A DNA stretch of 63,808 nucleotides, filler included, from Octopus bimaculoides (lineage: Eukaryota), in assembly GCF_001194135.2 (NCBI RefSeq). It is 7 parts of 7 records of this genome, joined end to end, with 100 filler letters (N's around TTAATTAATTAA, not from the genome) between each part and the next. Parts side by side here need not be neighbours in the genome. Positions count along the whole stretch, not along the records: positions 60,528 to 62,560 come from NW_026318229.1; positions 62,661 to 63,808 come from NW_026413724.1; 5 more parts are not named here. One strand, given 5' to 3'. The notes under the pieces are model-generated. The model was not told the origin of the DNA, did not search any database, and saw nothing but the letters and a program-made list of their open reading frames with translations. Below are positions 61,383 to 63,808 of this stretch, one piece after another (position 1 is the first letter of the stretch; every line of letters starts with the position of its first letter). A program made the translations under genes and the position numbers.

Positions 61383-62560
61383 CTACAAAAATAAAACAAA
61401 ATATTAATAATAGTTTCAAATTTAGGTATAAGATCAGCAATTTAGATAGAGGGGTTTAGTTGATTACATCAACTGATCCTTTTTGAACTCAAAAATTAAA
61501 GAGGCAGAAGAAATGACACCAAGTGCTAGGTTGACAGGTGATGGAGACAATACAAAGACAGACNNNNNNNNNNNNNNNNNNNNNNNNNNNNNNNNNNNNN
61601 NNNNNNNNNNNNNNNNNNNNNNNNNNNNNNNNNNNNNNNNNNNNNNNNNNNNNNNNNNNNNNNNNNNNNNNNNNNNNNNNNNNNNNNNNNNNNNNNNNNN
61701 NNNNNNNNNNNNNNNNNNNNNNNNNNNNNNNNNNNNNNNNNNNNNNNNNNNNNNNNNNNNNNNNNNNNNNNNNNNNNNNNNNNNNNNNNNNNNNNNNNNN
61801 NNNNNNNNNNNNNNNNNNNNNNNNNNNNNNNNNNNNNNNNNNNNNNNNNNNNNNNNNNNNNNNNNNNNNNNNNNNNNNNNNNNNNNNNNNNNNNNNNNNN
61901 NNNNNNNNNNNNNNNNNNNNNNNNNNNNNNNNNNNNNNNNNNNNNNNNNNNNNNNNNNNNNNNNNNNNNNNNNNNNNNNNNNNNNNNNNNNNNNNNNNNN
62001 NNNNNNNNNNNNNNNNNNNNNNNNNNNNNNNNNNNNNNNNNNNNNNNNNNNNNNNNNNNNNNNNNNNNNNNNNNNNNNNNNNNNNNNNNNNNNNNNNNNN
62101 NNNNNNNNNNNNNNNNNNNNNNNNNNNNNNNNNNNNNNNNNNNNNNNNNNNNNNNNNNNNNNNNNNNNNNNNNNNNNNNNNNNNNNNNNTAAAAGAGTAA
62201 AAGAGTAAAGAGTATAGTATACAAACATGTTGATGACAAAACAGCCCTTCTGATACAGGAGGATGTCTATTTTGGGGCCACACCAGGAACTGCACAAATC
62301 CTAAATCAACCTGATTACTAAGGGCAGATACCCTCTCCAACAGTCATTCTCTGACCTACAGGTGTAATTTTAGAGTGATTCAATCCACTCTTGCCATTTC
62401 TGCCACTCTCACCCGACCTTCAAAAACTCACTCATGGATAGCTACTCCCTCTCTATGCTTACCTTCCTTTTTAAGTTGATAAGAGCTTAACCAAAGAGGA
62501 AAGCATTTGTTCTCAGCCCTCTTAAAACTTGTCCACCACACAACATTTTTGGCAACAGCT

Positions 62561-62660
62561 NNNNNNNNNNNNNNNNNNNNNNNNNNNNNNNNNNNNNNNN
62601 NNNNTTAATTAATTAANNNNNNNNNNNNNNNNNNNNNNNNNNNNNNNNNNNNNNNNNNNN
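62561..62660. other. Artificial scaffold linker
   Basis: N44-TTAATTAATTAA-N44. Confidence 0.95.
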
Positions 62661-63808
62661 GGCCATGCTGGAGCACTGTTTTAGACGAAGAAATAGACCC
62701 CAGAGCTTATGCACGAAACCAAAGCACAAATTTTAAAACACGTAAACAAAAATAACAAACAAAACAATAAGAATAATGCATGAAGGTAAGTTAAACCTTA
62801 TGCTTGATGCACAACTGGGACATCACTTGCTCCAATCACAACGTCAAGCTCTAGAATTTATCCTTCCTTGTTAGTGAAAGCTATACTGTTTGCAAATGCA
62901 CACATTCCTTACCAGTTGAACAATATTAAGATCTCAGTAACAATGAAGCCATTGTGTGTGTGTGTGTGTGTGTGTGTATTCTTGCAAGCTACTTAACACA
63001 CAACAACGCATGTATATTCGATTCCACTCCTACGACAATTATTTCACGGCTGAGTGATAATTGCGACAAAAACAGATTTCACATTAAATCACCATATAGA
63101 CAGAATAGGTTTAAGATATTCTCTTTCTAGTTGTGCGACATACACTCAAACTTACATACATACATACATACTGTTACACCCACTCACCCATGTACATGAA
63201 AACAAACACGTTTTGTATAATTTTACTAAAATGAGGCACCTTGTAAATTTTTCTCTTTAAAAGGAAAATATGGAGGCGACAACCAAAGCCAGGAATGTCT
63301 TTATTATTTCGATATCACAATAAAGAAACTATTAATTCTTTAGTGTTTACCCTTTTCTATTTATATTATTGCTAAAGTCAAAAAATACAGAGGACGGGAT
63401 ACCAAATGTAAACTCTGTATTTCTGAAAAATTAAACATCATACGATCAACAGATAACATCTTAAAACATTAGGGATGAAACCTTCTTGCCTTGCATACAT
63501 AAGCAATATTTTACATTCAAATATTTCAAAGAAGACCCCTATAAACAAGGGTTACCGTACCCGGATAGCCCCTTTCCTAAATGTGAACACACATAGCACA
63601 CAAACTTCACACAACGAAGAAATATGCCTCGATGATGTTCTACCTCAACATACAAGTAGAAGAACACCATGCCCAGAACAAAAACAAACAAATAATGCAA
63701 AATAATTAACCATGAAAAAATTTACCGAAAAGACAAATCCAAGGGAGTCAAGCTTTAAAAGAATACACTCTAGAGTAACGTCCTTGATTCATTGACTCAT
63801 TGTTTTAT

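Noticed and set aside
63400-63710. 76-aa plus-strand ORF
   Set aside because: No recognisable family; resembles a decayed LINE C-terminus, too weak to annotate.

Overview
AT-rich, gap-ridden animal genomic DNA; the SINE families and microsatellite load point to an octopus (inference). It is not one contiguous locus: six artificial 100-bp linkers (N44-TTAATTAATTAA-N44) split it into seven pieces. Most of the sequence is microsatellite, three tRNA-type SINE families and decayed transposons: a near-full-length CR1-type LINE, Tx1/L1, RTE and RLE-type LINE fragments, Penelope-like elements (PLEs), Tc1/mariner remnants, a Helitron-like insert and an 800-bp foldback element with head-to-head telomeric repeats. 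Only two host exons are supportable: TGDS exon 2 (61316-61382, minus) and the probable last coding exon of an unidentified leucine-zipper protein (35756-36338, minus). The most notable signal is RNA-level. At 46785-46848 all conserved hammerhead ribozyme core elements and three stems are present, but the strand order is not a circular permutation of types I-III. A decayed second copy lies at about 38970-39030, and several conventional PLE-type mini-hammerhead motifs are scattered through the window. Other points of interest are a SINE dimer with the same junction at two loci and a 39-bp minisatellite amplified from the YIG motif of a PLE endonuclease. Repeat boundaries are by eye and approximate; family names are from recalled motifs, not database searches.
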